The notes beneath the pieces were generated by a model that saw only the letters and a list, made by a program, of their open reading frames with translations, was not told where the DNA came from and searched no databases. The translations under genes were made by a program, and so were the position numbers. Shown here one piece after another: positions 18,793-29,013 of a stretch of DNA of 64,000 bases; position 1 is the stretch's first letter, and every line of letters starts with the position of its first letter. The stretch is from assembly GCA_965248355.1 (NCBI GenBank), contig OZ252098.1:1-64000 (forward strand). Direction: 5' to 3'. The DNA comes from Candidatus Latescibacterota bacterium. GTDB lineage: Bacteria; Latescibacterota; UBA2968; UBA8231.

Positions 18793-19827
18793 ATGCCCAG
18801 ACAACTGATCGCCCCGGGCCCCGGGCAGGTGGCCTTCGCCGAGATCGAGTCCGAGCCCCTGGCGCCCAAGCAGGTGCGGGTGCGCAGCCGCTGGGGGGCG
18901 GCCAAGCACGGCACCGAGCTGTCCCAGTTCCGGGGCTACGCCGGCCCCCGGGGCGCCTTCGACAACGAGCGGCGCCTCTTCCGGGCGGAGCGGCCCGGGG
19001 TCCGCTATCCCGTGGGCCTCGGGAACATGTGCGTCGGCGAGGTGGTGGAGGCGGGCTCCGCCGTGGAGGGGGTGGCCGTGGGGGACACGGTCTTCGCCCA
19101 CGGCTCCTTCCGCGAGGAGCATGTCTGGGAGAGCGTGCGCGTGCGCCACCTGCCCCCCGGCGTGCCGTGGCAGGCGGCGGTCTGCCTGGACCCGGCCGAC
19201 TTCGCCCTCGGAGCCGTGCGCGACGGCCACGTGCGTCTCGGCGACGCGGTGGCCGTCTTCGGCCTCGGGGCCATCGGGCTCATGGTGGTGCAGCTGGCGC
19301 GCCTCGCGGGGGCCTCGCCCGTCATCGGCGTCGACCCCATCGGGATCCGCCGCCGGGTGGCCCGCGAGACCGGCGCCGGCCTGGTGCTCGATCCGACGGC
19401 CTGCGACGCGGGGCTGGAGATCCGCGAGGCCACGGGGGGCCGCGGCGCCGATGTCTGCGTCGACTACAGCGGCCACCCCGAGGCCCTGCAGCAGGCCCTT
19501 AGGGGCGTCGCCTACCTGGGCACGGTGGTGGCGGGCGCCGCCCCGGGCGCCTGGCCCGCCGGCCTCGATCTGGGCGCCGAGGCGCACATGAACCGCCCCA
19601 CCCTCGTGTTCTCCCGGGCCTGCTCCGAGCCCAACCCGGAGCACCCGAGGTGGGACGAAGGCCGCCTCTTCGACGTCGTCTGGGGCCTGCTGTGCGACGG
19701 CTCTCTCGACGCCGTGCCCGTGGTGGATCCCATCGTCGACTTCGAGGACCTGCTGCTGGAGTACCCGAAGATCGCCACCACGCCGGAGGACAACATCAAG
19801 CTCGGCGTGCGCTTCCCGGGGGGCTGA
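18793..19827 (+). CDS. Zinc-binding alcohol dehydrogenase-like oxidoreductase
   Basis: KHGTE and VAVFGLGAIG Rossmann motif. Confidence 0.85.
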   Translation: MPRQLIAPGPGQVAFAEIESEPLAPKQVRVRSRWGAAKHGTELSQFRGYAGPRGAFDNERRLFRAERPGVRYPVGLGNMCVGEVVEAGSAVEGVAVGDTVFAHGSFREEHVWESVRVRHLPPGVPWQAAVCLDPADFALGAVRDGHVRLGDAVAVFGLGAIGLMVVQLARLAGASPVIGVDPIGIRRRVARETGAGLVLDPTACDAGLEIREATGGRGADVCVDYSGHPEALQQALRGVAYLGTVVAGAAPGAWPAGLDLGAEAHMNRPTLVFSRACSEPNPEHPRWDEGRLFDVVWGLLCDGSLDAVPVVDPIVDFEDLLLEYPKIATTPEDNIKLGVRFPGG

Positions 19828-20660
19828 TGCAGCTGCTGCTCAACACGATCATGCTCGAGCCCAACCGCTGGACGGCGGATCACGCCCTGAGCCGCCCCCT
19901 GGTGGACCTGCTCGAGCCGATGGCGGCGGCCGGGTTCCGCGACCTGGAGGTCTGGGGCTATCACCTCGACCGCCTCTCCGAGGCCGAGGTCGAGCATCTG
20001 GCCGAGGCCCTGCAGGCGCGGGCCCTGCGGGTCGTGGCGGTGGGCGCCTATCCCTCCTTCCACCTGGAGGGCGCCGGCGACGAGGAGCAGCGCCGGCGCC
20101 TGGACCGGCTCGTGGCCGCGGCGGTCCGCCTCGGGGCCTCGGTCTTCAAGATCTTCCCCGGAAGCGTCGGCAGTGCCCAGGTCGACGAGGCCGTCTGGCG
20201 GCGGTCGGTGGAGCGCATCCGCCGGCTGGCCCGCCGCACCGGCGAGGCGGGCCTGGCGCTGACCCTGGAGACCCACGGCGGGACCCTGTGCGACACCCTC
20301 GAGGGCACCCGGTGCCTGCTGGATCGGCTGCCGGATGACGGCGTGGGCCTCTGCTTCCAGCCATACATCGAGCACGACACTTCCGCGGCCATGGCCGCCT
20401 TCGACGCCCTCCGGCCGCGGATCCTGCACCTGCATCTGCAGAACCGGGGGCCGGGCGGCGCCGCCCTTCTGGAGGGGGGGGACTGGACCGACTACCGGAG
20501 GTTCCTGCCCCACGTGCGCCGGTCCGGCTTCGATGGCCCCATGTGCCTGGAGTTCACGGCCGGCATCACCCCCGCCGAAGGGGAGGCCTTCGATCTGGCC
20601 GCGGTGCTCGCCAACGCCGCTCGGGACCGCGCCTTCGTCGAGAGGCGGTGGCGGGGGTGA
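19827..20660 (+). CDS. Sugar phosphate isomerase/epimerase (TIM barrel)
   Basis: LETHGGTL, HLHLQN and GFDGPMCLEF; TGATG coupling to the upstream gene. Confidence 0.82.
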   Translation: MQLLLNTIMLEPNRWTADHALSRPLVDLLEPMAAAGFRDLEVWGYHLDRLSEAEVEHLAEALQARALRVVAVGAYPSFHLEGAGDEEQRRRLDRLVAAAVRLGASVFKIFPGSVGSAQVDEAVWRRSVERIRRLARRTGEAGLALTLETHGGTLCDTLEGTRCLLDRLPDDGVGLCFQPYIEHDTSAAMAAFDALRPRILHLHLQNRGPGGAALLEGGDWTDYRRFLPHVRRSGFDGPMCLEFTAGITPAEGEAFDLAAVLANAARDRAFVERRWRG

Positions 20661-20764
20661 GGGACCGCGCCGGCGCCCGGCCTCACTCCGGTCCCCGCGT
20701 AAAGGAGCACGCCGTAGAGGGCGCAGACGTTGACGTGGAAGGCCACGTGGACGCCGACAGGTGC

Positions 20765-20872
20765 TCACCGGCTCCAGTGCCAGACGAAGATCTCCCAGCC
20801 GGCCGCCAGGGTGATGCTGATGACGAGGGCGAGGACGCCGAGCAGGACGAGGGCCTTCCGACCGTCGCTCAT
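20765..20872 (-). CDS. Putative 35-aa single-pass membrane protein
   Basis: MSDGRKALVLLGVLALVISITLAAGWEIFVWHWSR; GC3-rich codons. Confidence 0.4.
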   Translation of the reverse strand: MSDGRKALVLLGVLALVISITLAAGWEIFVWHWSR

Positions 20873-21205
20873 GCCCTGGCGGCCAGGACGATGACGAGGA
20901 TGATGAGGCCGAGGATCATTGACCTGAGTGTAAGTGCCCTCCTTTAGGTAGGTTCTGCACATCGATGGCGCCCCAAAGGGCACGACAACCCACCGCTCTC
21001 CCCGTCCCGCTCTCCCCACTGTAGCACAGAACCGGGCAGCCAGTCTGACGGCCGCCAGACGTAGCTGGGAACATCGAAGAACGGCTCGACGTGGTAGAGA
21101 AGAGGCTCGAATCCATGGAAACAACCCTCCAGGAATCAGAGACAGACTGCAATAATCGTTGACAAACTGCCCCCCTTATATCAGGGCATGGAAGGGAGGC
21201 AGTCA

Positions 21206-21800
21206 TTGAACCGGTTACCCCGCGACAAGCGCATCCTGATTTCTCAACCTGCTGGTTGAGGGCGCCTCGATGCGCACCATCGCCCGGACGGCCGGGGTCT
21301 CTATCGACGCCGGCGAATTCTGCGCCAGCTACCACGGCGCCACGGTCCGCAACGTCACGGCCAAGCGCATCCAGTGTGACGAAGCCTGGGCCTTCGTCTA
21401 CGCGAAGCAGAAGAACGTCGAGACGGCGAAGGCGGCCCCGGAGTTCGCCGGCGCGTGTGGACCTGGGCGGCCCTGGACGCCGACAGCAAGCTGGTCGTCC
21501 TACGCAGTCGGGGGCCGGGACGCGGGAGTCGCCTACGAGTTCATGCACGACCTCAAGGACCGGCTCGCCAACCGGGTTCAGCTGACCACGGACGGCCACG
21601 CGGCCTACCTGGAGGCCGTGGAGGACGCCTTCGGGGGCGCCATCGACTACGCCATGTTGGTGAAGGTCTACGGCGAAGCCCAGAGGAAGAGAGGCGCCGC
21701 TACAGCCCGGCCAAGTGCAAGAGCATCGACGCGAAGCGATCGAGGACGACCCCGACCCGGCGCACATCTCAACCTCCTACATCGAGCGCTACCGGAAGAG
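21206..21800 (+). pseudogene. IS1-family DDE transposase, frameshifted and truncated
   Basis: Segments NLLVEGASMRTIART, IQCDEAWAFVYAKQKN, WTWAALDADSKLV, RVQLTTDGH..Y, DYAMLVKVYG and HISTSYIER are split over several frames. Confidence 0.85.
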
Positions 21801-21860
21801 AGCGGCGTGAGGGAGGGGAGAAATACCCGCCGGTCCCACGTCCGCAGGGCGTAATGCAAC

Positions 21861-21889
21861 CCCGGGGCTAGCTACAGGCTAGCCCCGGG
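21861..21889. repeat. Perfect 12-bp inverted repeat (hairpin)
   Basis: CCCGGGGCTAGC-tacag-GCTAGCCCCGGG. Confidence 0.7.
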
Positions 21890-22061
21890 AGCCACCCATC
21901 CGAAGCAACAACCCCTCCCCTCCCCCCTCAACTCTTTTCGTACTGACGCACTACTGGCGGAACCCGCTGATTGCCTCTTTCCGCCGCTCCGGGTTACCTT
22001 AGCAGGTCTCAGCGGGATCACTTGAATCCCGGACTCTGAGCCACTGCTTCCGAGGTGCAAC

Positions 22062-24173
22062 GTGGCTGTCGATCTCTCCCGTCCCGAATACTACATCAAC
22101 CGCGAGCTCTCCTGGCTCGACTTCAACCGCCGCGTCATGGAGGAGGCCCGCGACGAGCGCAACCCCCTCCTGGAGCGGGTCCGCTTCCTCGGGATCGTGG
22201 CCGGCATCCTCGACGAGTTCTTCGAGGTCCGCGTCGCCGGCATCCTGCAGGTCCAGGAGAGCGGCCGCACGAGCACCGGCCCCGACCGGCTGACGCCGGA
22301 GGAGCAGCTGGCGGCCATCTCCCGCAAGACCCACGAGCTGGTGGCCGCCCAGTACCGCTGCTGGAACGAGGAGCTGCTGCCGGCCCTGGCCGCCGAGAGG
22401 ATCCACCTCCACGAGGTCTCCGAGCTGCGCGGCGAGCAGCCGGCCTTCATCCGCCGCTACTGGCGCGGCGAGCTGGAGCCCATCCTCACGCCCATCGTCA
22501 TCGATCCCGCCCATCCCTTCCCGCGGGTGCTGAACAAGGCCCTGTGCATCGGCGTCCTCCTGGAGCAGGACGGCAAGACCGCCGTGGGCGTGGTCACCGT
22601 GCCGCGGGTGCTGCCGAGGATCCTGGCCCTGCCCGACGGGGACGGCGGCGCCGTGCACATGGTGACCCTGGCCGGGATCGTCGCCCACTACCTCAAGGAT
22701 CTCTTCGAGGGCTACGGCGTGACCGGCTACGGCGCCTTCCGCGTCACCCGCAACTCCGAGCTCTACGTCAACGAGGAGGAAGCCGACAACCTCCTCGAGG
22801 AGATCGCCGAGTCCCTCGAGAAACGGCGCAAGGGCGATGTCGTGCGTCTCGAGATCGAGGAGAAGGCGCCGGAGCGCCTGGTGCGCTTCCTCATGACCCA
22901 GTTCGAGGTCGACCAGGACCGCGTCTACACCGCCGATGGCCCGGTCAACCTGAACCGCATCAGCACCATCTACAGCCTCGTCAACCGGCAGGAACTCAAG
23001 GACCGGCCCTTCACGCCCGTGGAGATCAACCTGCCCGCCGAGCCGGACCGGTTCTTCGAGACCCTGCGCGCCCGCGACGTCCTCCTCCACCACCCGTACG
23101 AGTCCTTCAACAGCGTCATCCACTTCATCCGCATGGCCGTGCGCGATCCCCGGGTGCTGGCCATCAAGCAGACCCTCTACCGCACCGGCGAGGACTCCCA
23201 GGTCGTGCAGGCCCTGATGGAGGCGGCCGACCTCGGCAAGGAGGTGGCCGTCCTCGTGGAGCTGAAGGCGCGCTTCGACGAGGCCTCCAACATCGAGTGG
23301 GCCAAGCAGCTGGAGGAGAGCGGCGTCCACGTCGTCTACGGCCTGCTGGGCATGAAGACCCACTGCAAGCTGTCCATGGTGGTGCGCCGCGACGAGGACC
23401 AGCTGCGCCGCTACGTCCACCTGGGCACCGGCAACTACAACCACGTGACGGCGCGGCTCTACACCGACCTGGGCCTGCTCACCGCCCGCGACGACCTCAC
23501 CCGCGAGGTGGCGGAGGTCTTCAACCTGCTCACGGCGCGTTCCGAGGAGACCTTCCGCAAGCTCATGGTGGCCCCCACGACGATGATGTCCGGCTTCCTG
23601 CGCCGCATCGACCGCGAGATCGAGCACGCCCGCGCCGGCCGCCCGGCGGCGATCGTGGCCAAGATGAACGGCCTCACGGATCCCAAGGTCATCCGCGCCC
23701 TCTACCGCGCCTCCATGGCCGGCGTCGAGATCGATCTCATCGTGCGCGGCATCTGCTGCCTGCGGCCGGGCCTGCTCGGCATCAGCGAGCGCATCCGCGT
23801 GCACAGCATCATCGGCCGCTTCCTGGAGCACAGCCGCGTGTTCTACTTCGCCAACGGCGGCGGTCCGGAGATCTGGACCGGCAGCGCCGACTGGATGAAC
23901 CGCAACCTGCGCAACCGCGTGGAGGTCGTCTTCCCCGTGGAGGAGGAGGGCATCAAGGCGCGCCTGCACCACTACCTGCAGCTGTGCCTGGCGGACCGTT
24001 CCAAGACGCGGGCCTGTCTCTCCGACGGCCGCTACGTCCGCCTCGAGCCGCAGAACGGGGAGCCCGCCCTGTGCATGCAGGAGGCCCTCATGGCCATCGC
24101 CCGGGGCGAGGACCCGGCGGCGGAGCTGGCGCCCCTGGTCGGCTGGAACGGCGCTGACGGGAGCGCCGCCTGA
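22062..24173 (+). CDS. ppk1: Polyphosphate kinase 1
   Basis: NRELSWLDFN, LDEFFEVRVA, HHPYESF, IKQTLYRT, KTHCK, GTGNYN and GSADWMNRN. Confidence 0.98.
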   Translation: MAVDLSRPEYYINRELSWLDFNRRVMEEARDERNPLLERVRFLGIVAGILDEFFEVRVAGILQVQESGRTSTGPDRLTPEEQLAAISRKTHELVAAQYRCWNEELLPALAAERIHLHEVSELRGEQPAFIRRYWRGELEPILTPIVIDPAHPFPRVLNKALCIGVLLEQDGKTAVGVVTVPRVLPRILALPDGDGGAVHMVTLAGIVAHYLKDLFEGYGVTGYGAFRVTRNSELYVNEEEADNLLEEIAESLEKRRKGDVVRLEIEEKAPERLVRFLMTQFEVDQDRVYTADGPVNLNRISTIYSLVNRQELKDRPFTPVEINLPAEPDRFFETLRARDVLLHHPYESFNSVIHFIRMAVRDPRVLAIKQTLYRTGEDSQVVQALMEAADLGKEVAVLVELKARFDEASNIEWAKQLEESGVHVVYGLLGMKTHCKLSMVVRRDEDQLRRYVHLGTGNYNHVTARLYTDLGLLTARDDLTREVAEVFNLLTARSEETFRKLMVAPTTMMSGFLRRIDREIEHARAGRPAAIVAKMNGLTDPKVIRALYRASMAGVEIDLIVRGICCLRPGLLGISERIRVHSIIGRFLEHSRVFYFANGGGPEIWTGSADWMNRNLRNRVEVVFPVEEEGIKARLHHYLQLCLADRSKTRACLSDGRYVRLEPQNGEPALCMQEALMAIARGEDPAAELAPLVGWNGADGSAA

Positions 24174-25702
24174 TGCCCTCGGACGGCCGCCGCCTCCGGG
24201 CCCGCCTGCGCGAGCGGGACTCGCCCCTGCTGGAGCAGCCGGGGCGGGTGGGCGTGGTGCTGGCCGCAGGCCACGGCAAGCGCATCCGCTCCGACACCTC
24301 CAAGATGCTCCACGAGATCTGGGGCCGGCCCACGGTGGTGCGCGTCGCCGACGCCGTGGCCGACGGCCTGGAGAGCCCGAACCAGGTGCTCGTGGTCGGC
24401 ATCAAGGCCGAGGAGGTGGCCCACCACCTCGGCGCCCGTCCCGGCCGGCGCTTCGCCTACCAGGAGAACCCCGTCCTCGGGCTGCCCGGCGGCACCGGCG
24501 ACGCCGTGCGCGTCGCCCTCGACCACTTCGATCCGCCCGCCGGCGGGCCGGACCGCCACGTCTACATCTTCCCCGGCGACATGGGGCTGCTCACCGAGAA
24601 CGTGGTCGCCCACTTCCGCCGCGCCTTCGAGTCCGAGCCCTGCGACATGATGGTCCTCACCGGCCTCTACGAGGGGCCGGCGGAGCAGAACTACTACGGC
24701 CGCATCGTCCGCGTCCCCCGGGTCGACGCCGGCGGGGGCGACGCCGTGGAGGACGCCGGCCGGGTGATCGCCATCAAGGAGCACGGCGACATCCGCGGCC
24801 TGCCCGAAGGCGGGTCCGAGGAGCTGACCTGCCGCGGCCGGCGCTACGCCTTCAGCCGGCGGGAGCTGCTGGAGACGCGCGAGATCAACACCCTCGTGGT
24901 CTGCTTCCGCGAGTCGGCCCTGCGGGCCCACATCGGCGCCATGGACACCGACAACGTCCAGGGCGAGCTCATGCTCACCGACCTGGTGGAGATCTTCAAC
25001 GACCACGGCCTCGTGGTGCGCGCCGTGCCCGCCGCCAACGGCGACGAGATCCTCGGCTTCAACGTCAAGAGCGTCTGGCGCCGCATGGAGGCGATCGCCC
25101 GGCGCCGCGCCTACGAGCGCCTCATGGACATCGTCACCATCGTCGACGAGGAGGACTTCTTCCTGGCCGACGAGGTGATCGAGCAGATCGTCTCCCTCGA
25201 CAAGGACCGGGGCCCCCTGGACATCGTCATCGGCAAGGGCGCCAAGGTGGGCGCCTCGGTGCAGCTCGACCGCCGCGTCCACCTCGGCGACGGCTGCGAG
25301 CTCAGCGGCCGCGTGATCCTGCGGGAGGGGGTCCACATCGGCCGCGGCGTGCGCCTGAGCACCTACCCCCGGCAGGACATGGTCCTCGAGGAGGGGGTGG
25401 AGGTCCTCGACCGCAGCGTCCTCAAGGGCAACACCGTGGTCGGGGCCGGCAGCCGCATCGAGTCCGGCGTCATCATGACCGGCTCCGACGAGCACCCCAT
25501 GCGCGTCGGCCGGGGGGTGACGGTGAAGGGCACCAGCTACCTCTACGGCTGCCGCATCGACGACGACCTGCTGGTGGAGCACTCGGTCATCAAGACCCGT
25601 CACGTGCAGCGGGTGACCCGCGCCGACGGCTCGGTGCAGCCCGTGCGCTACGTCCTGCCCCAGCCGGAGGGCCTGGACTCGATCGTCCCCCTCGGTGGCT
25701 GA
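24173..25702 (+). CDS. GlmU-like nucleotidyltransferase with left-handed beta-helix domain
   Basis: LAAGHGKRIRS..KMLH, GTGDAV, YGRIVR, EIN and N.QGE..LTD; hexapeptide-like C-terminal region. Confidence 0.8.
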   Translation: MPSDGRRLRARLRERDSPLLEQPGRVGVVLAAGHGKRIRSDTSKMLHEIWGRPTVVRVADAVADGLESPNQVLVVGIKAEEVAHHLGARPGRRFAYQENPVLGLPGGTGDAVRVALDHFDPPAGGPDRHVYIFPGDMGLLTENVVAHFRRAFESEPCDMMVLTGLYEGPAEQNYYGRIVRVPRVDAGGGDAVEDAGRVIAIKEHGDIRGLPEGGSEELTCRGRRYAFSRRELLETREINTLVVCFRESALRAHIGAMDTDNVQGELMLTDLVEIFNDHGLVVRAVPAANGDEILGFNVKSVWRRMEAIARRRAYERLMDIVTIVDEEDFFLADEVIEQIVSLDKDRGPLDIVIGKGAKVGASVQLDRRVHLGDGCELSGRVILREGVHIGRGVRLSTYPRQDMVLEEGVEVLDRSVLKGNTVVGAGSRIESGVIMTGSDEHPMRVGRGVTVKGTSYLYGCRIDDDLLVEHSVIKTRHVQRVTRADGSVQPVRYVLPQPEGLDSIVPLGG

Positions 25703-25714
25703 GCTCTCGCCGCC

Positions 25715-26962
25715 ATGACTCGGATCCCCTCCCACTGCTGGGCGCAGCCCCTGGCCCAGGACTGGACCGAGGTCTGCCGCCTCCCCGATCCGGAGGTCTA
25801 CTGCGCCGCCCCCTCCCTGGTGCGCCTGCCCAGCGGCCGGCTGCTGTGCAGCTTCGCCCTGCTCACTCGCCTCAAGCGCCTGCCGGGGAACCCCGACCAG
25901 GAGCTGAGGACCCGCTTCTGGATCAGCGACGACGGCGGGCGGACCTGGCGGCGCAAAGGCCGGGCGAGGGTCGGCGACGGCCTCCTCTTCGTGCACCGGG
26001 GCCGGCTGTACCTGCTGTGCAACGGGCGCGGCCGCCGGGACATCCTGCTGGCGGCCAGCGACGACGAGGGCGGGACCTGGAGCGAGCCCGTGGTCCTCTT
26101 CAAGGGCCGCTACTGGAACACCTTCACCCCCCACGCCGTGCGCGGCGACACCCTCTACTGGTGCTTCGGCGCCGCCAACGAGGCCGGGAACTTCAACCGC
26201 GCCGGGTCGCGGATCGCCGCCGTCGCCGGGGATCTGGCCGCCGCCGACCTGATGGACCCCTCGGCGTGGCGCATCTCCACCCCCCTGACCTATCCGGGCA
26301 CGCCGCCGGGCCTGAGCCTGGGACTGGCGGGACAGGTCGATGCCGCCGTCCAGTACCCGGGGGCCACCGGGGCGCCGACCTTCCGCGACCAGGCCCCGGA
26401 CATGGGCGACCACTGGCTGGAGCCCAACGTGGTCCTCGTGGACGGGCGGGTGCGGGTCTACGTCCGCCTGCGGGTGGACGGACAGGCCACGCCCCACCTG
26501 TGCGCCATCTGCGACGTGGACGACCGGGACGGGGAGCTGGACCTGCGCTTCACCCAGTTCCACCCCTTCCCGGGCAACGTCTACTTCCACGTCATCCGCG
26601 ACGAGCCCGGCGGCTACTACTGGACGCCCGTGAACCTGCCCACGCGGGCCCAGGACGTGGAGTGGGGGCGGGCCATGGCCGAGCGCGGCCTGGCCGGCGG
26701 CGCCGGCAACGAGCGCCGCTTCCTCATGCTCATGTACAGCCTCGACGCCCTGAACTGGTTTCCCGCCGGCTGCGTCGCCCGCTTCCCCAGCCCCGGCCAG
26801 GGCTTCCAGTACAACGCCGCCCTCATCGACGGCGACGACCTGCTCGTCTCCTCGCGGACGGCCGAGCGCGCGCGCAACCAGCACGACAACGACCGGATCA
26901 CCATCCACAGGGTGCGGGACTTCCGTTCCCTGGCCCTGGACCTGCATCCGGGGCCGGCCTAG
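25715..26962 (+). CDS. Sialidase-like / BNR (Asp-box) propeller protein
   Basis: SDDGGRTW and SDDEGGTW Asp-boxes; WLEPNVV. Confidence 0.8.
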   Translation: MTRIPSHCWAQPLAQDWTEVCRLPDPEVYCAAPSLVRLPSGRLLCSFALLTRLKRLPGNPDQELRTRFWISDDGGRTWRRKGRARVGDGLLFVHRGRLYLLCNGRGRRDILLAASDDEGGTWSEPVVLFKGRYWNTFTPHAVRGDTLYWCFGAANEAGNFNRAGSRIAAVAGDLAAADLMDPSAWRISTPLTYPGTPPGLSLGLAGQVDAAVQYPGATGAPTFRDQAPDMGDHWLEPNVVLVDGRVRVYVRLRVDGQATPHLCAICDVDDRDGELDLRFTQFHPFPGNVYFHVIRDEPGGYYWTPVNLPTRAQDVEWGRAMAERGLAGGAGNERRFLMLMYSLDALNWFPAGCVARFPSPGQGFQYNAALIDGDDLLVSSRTAERARNQHDNDRITIHRVRDFRSLALDLHPGPA

Positions 26963-27020
26963 CCCGAGGCCCCCCGGGTTCCCGCCGGCAGCCCGGCGGC
27001 GCGCCCGCAGGAGATCGCCC

Positions 27021-28097
27021 ATGCTGGAGAAGTACCGCGTGTCCGAGGACCTGGAGGTCCGGGTCCGGGCGGAGGACGTCAGGTGGACCACCGAGCGCCT
27101 GCTGGAGGCCGGCGGCATGCCGGAAGCGGACGCCGCCAGGACCGCCGACGTGCTCCTCTACGCCGACCTGAGGGGCATCGACACCCACGGCGTCTCCAAT
27201 CTGCTGCGCCTCTACATGGGGGAGCTGCTCTCCGGGGCCACCAACCCCTCGCCGGACTGGAAGATCGTCCGCGACAACAAGGCCACCTGCCTCATCGACG
27301 GGGACCGCGGCCACGGCATGGTGGTGGCGCCCGTGGCCATGCAGGAGGCGGTGGAGCGGGCCTCCCGGTTCGGGATCGGTTCCGTCTCGGCCTTCAACTG
27401 CGGGCACCTGGGCCCCTGCTCCTACTACGCGCAGATGCCCCTGGAGCGGGACATGCTGGGCCTGGCCACGACCACCGGCGGCATGGGCATGGTGCCCACC
27501 TTCGGGTCGCGGCCCCTGCTGGGCCTCAACGCCATGGCCTTCGCCGCGCCGGCCGGGAGCCACCCTCCCTTCGTCTACGACGGCTCCCCGAGCGTGGTGG
27601 CCGGCAACAAGATCTTCCTGGCCCGGCGCCTGGGGCAGACGGTTCTGCCGGGCTGGATCTCCGACGAGCACGGCACCCCGATCCTGGAGGAGGCGGAGAT
27701 CCCCGATTCCTACATGATGCTGCCCCTCGGATCGACCCGGGAGGGCGGCTCCCAGAAGGGCTATGCCCTGTCGGTCATGTCGGAGGTGCTCACCACCGTG
27801 CTCACCGCCACCGGGGCCGGCCCACGGCGCCGGGGCGGCTCGGTCCATCACTTCGTCGCCTGGGACATCGCCGGCTTCTGCGACCCCGGCGACTTCAAGG
27901 CCGACCTCGACCAGTACCTGACCGACCTGCTCGAGTGTCCGCCCGCCCCGGGGGCGGACCGGGTCCTCTACTCGGGCTTTCCCGAGGCGCAGACGGCGGT
28001 GGAGCGGGCGGAGCGGGGCATCCCCTATCACCCCGAGGTCATCGACTGGTTCCGCCAGGCCGCCGCCGGGCACGGCGTCGAGTGGCGGCTGACCTGA
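27021..28097 (+). CDS. Ldh_2 (LDH2/MDH2) family oxidoreductase
   Basis: ADLRGIDTHGV, GHLG and KGYALS. Confidence 0.9.
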   Translation: MLEKYRVSEDLEVRVRAEDVRWTTERLLEAGGMPEADAARTADVLLYADLRGIDTHGVSNLLRLYMGELLSGATNPSPDWKIVRDNKATCLIDGDRGHGMVVAPVAMQEAVERASRFGIGSVSAFNCGHLGPCSYYAQMPLERDMLGLATTTGGMGMVPTFGSRPLLGLNAMAFAAPAGSHPPFVYDGSPSVVAGNKIFLARRLGQTVLPGWISDEHGTPILEEAEIPDSYMMLPLGSTREGGSQKGYALSVMSEVLTTVLTATGAGPRRRGGSVHHFVAWDIAGFCDPGDFKADLDQYLTDLLECPPAPGADRVLYSGFPEAQTAVERAERGIPYHPEVIDWFRQAAAGHGVEWRLT

Positions 28098-28132
28098 GGC
28101 GCCGGCAAGACGAGGACCGGGGGGGTACATGA

Positions 28133-28165
28133 ATGTGGCTGGACCCGGTGAGGGCCCAGCCACAT
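28133..28165. terminator. Hairpin between convergent genes, probable terminator
   Basis: ATGTGGCTGGaCCC-ggtga-GGGcCCAGCCACAT between stops at 28097 and 28184. Confidence 0.55.
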
Positions 28166-28183
28166 CTCACGAGCGGCGGTTCG

Positions 28184-28441
28184 CTACTTGGTCACCGTCA
28201 CCGTGCGCACGGTGATAATGCCGAGGGCGAGGACGCTAATGAGACCATCGACGAAACTGGCTTCGGTCTTGATGGTGTAGTCGGCGGCGTCTCCGGCCAT
28301 AGCCCTGGTGTCCACCTCGTTGAGCGGCGCCAGATCGATGACATAGAACTGCCGCGCCTTGGACATGGTCATTCCTTGTGCGCCTTCACCCACAACGTGA
28401 ACGTGGGCGGCGCAGCTGGCCAGGATCAGCACGGCGAGCAT
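28184..28441 (-). CDS. Bor/Iss-family-like lipoprotein
   Basis: LILASC lipobox; TEASFVDGLISVLALGIITVRTVTV matches the Bor-like C-terminal pattern. Confidence 0.65.
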   Translation of the reverse strand: MLAVLILASCAAHVHVVGEGAQGMTMSKARQFYVIDLAPLNEVDTRAMAGDAADYTIKTEASFVDGLISVLALGIITVRTVTVTK

Positions 28442-29010
28442 CAGTGGTACACCGTCCCGGGCGTCTCGACGAAGACCTGCTTGACCACGAAGCCCGATCG
28501 GGAAAAGGAGTATTCCTGCAGGGCCACCTCACCCGAGGCGAGAGAGCGGACCTGCAGGCTGTCGCGGGAACCGCGCTCTACCGGCTCGTACCCCTCCAGG
28601 TAGGTGAAGTTGAAGGGAGGTTCGAGATTGACGATGGAACTGAGGACCGCGTCGCCGCCGGCAAAGGCGCAGGCGTGCTCGACCTCGTAATGGAACCCGT
28701 GGGGCCGGGCCTGGTTGGCCCAGGCCGCGCACGACCTGGGAAAAGCCAGCTCCAGGGCCCCGAAACGCGCGCGCTCCTGCAGCAGGGCCCGATCATGGGT
28801 CAAGGAGGCAAGCCGGCCCGTGGTCTGCGCCTCGGTCCCGGCCGCCCAACCCAGACCGCAGAGGACCAGCAGTCGCAGACCGCGACCGGACCGGCTACGA
28901 AGGGATCGCGGGGACGGGGATCGATGGGGAATTGCTGAAGTCCTGCAGAGCGGCTCGTGGGGGAAGGCCATGGAACCGGCCAAGGATAGATCCTCAGAAC
29001 GAACGGTCAA
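28441..29010 (-). CDS. Hypothetical exported protein (start uncertain)
   Basis: ORF overlaps the Bor-like start; signal-like LLVLCGLGWAAGTEA. Confidence 0.5.
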   Translation of the reverse strand: MTVRSEDLSLAGSMAFPHEPLCRTSAIPHRSPSPRSLRSRSGRGLRLLVLCGLGWAAGTEAQTTGRLASLTHDRALLQERARFGALELAFPRSCAAWANQARPHGFHYEVEHACAFAGGDAVLSSIVNLEPPFNFTYLEGYEPVERGSRDSLQVRSLASGEVALQEYSFSRSGFVVKQVFVETPGTVYH

Positions 29011-29013
29011 GCC

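Noticed and set aside
20920-20938. TGACCTGAGTGTAAGTGCC resembling an IS1595-type terminal repeat
   Set aside because: No partner repeat or transposase was found, and the resemblance is from memory only.
21999-27118. Long antisense ORFs (657 aa, 1028 aa) and similar ones elsewhere
   Set aside because: Shadow frames of well-supported GC-rich genes, with no motifs.
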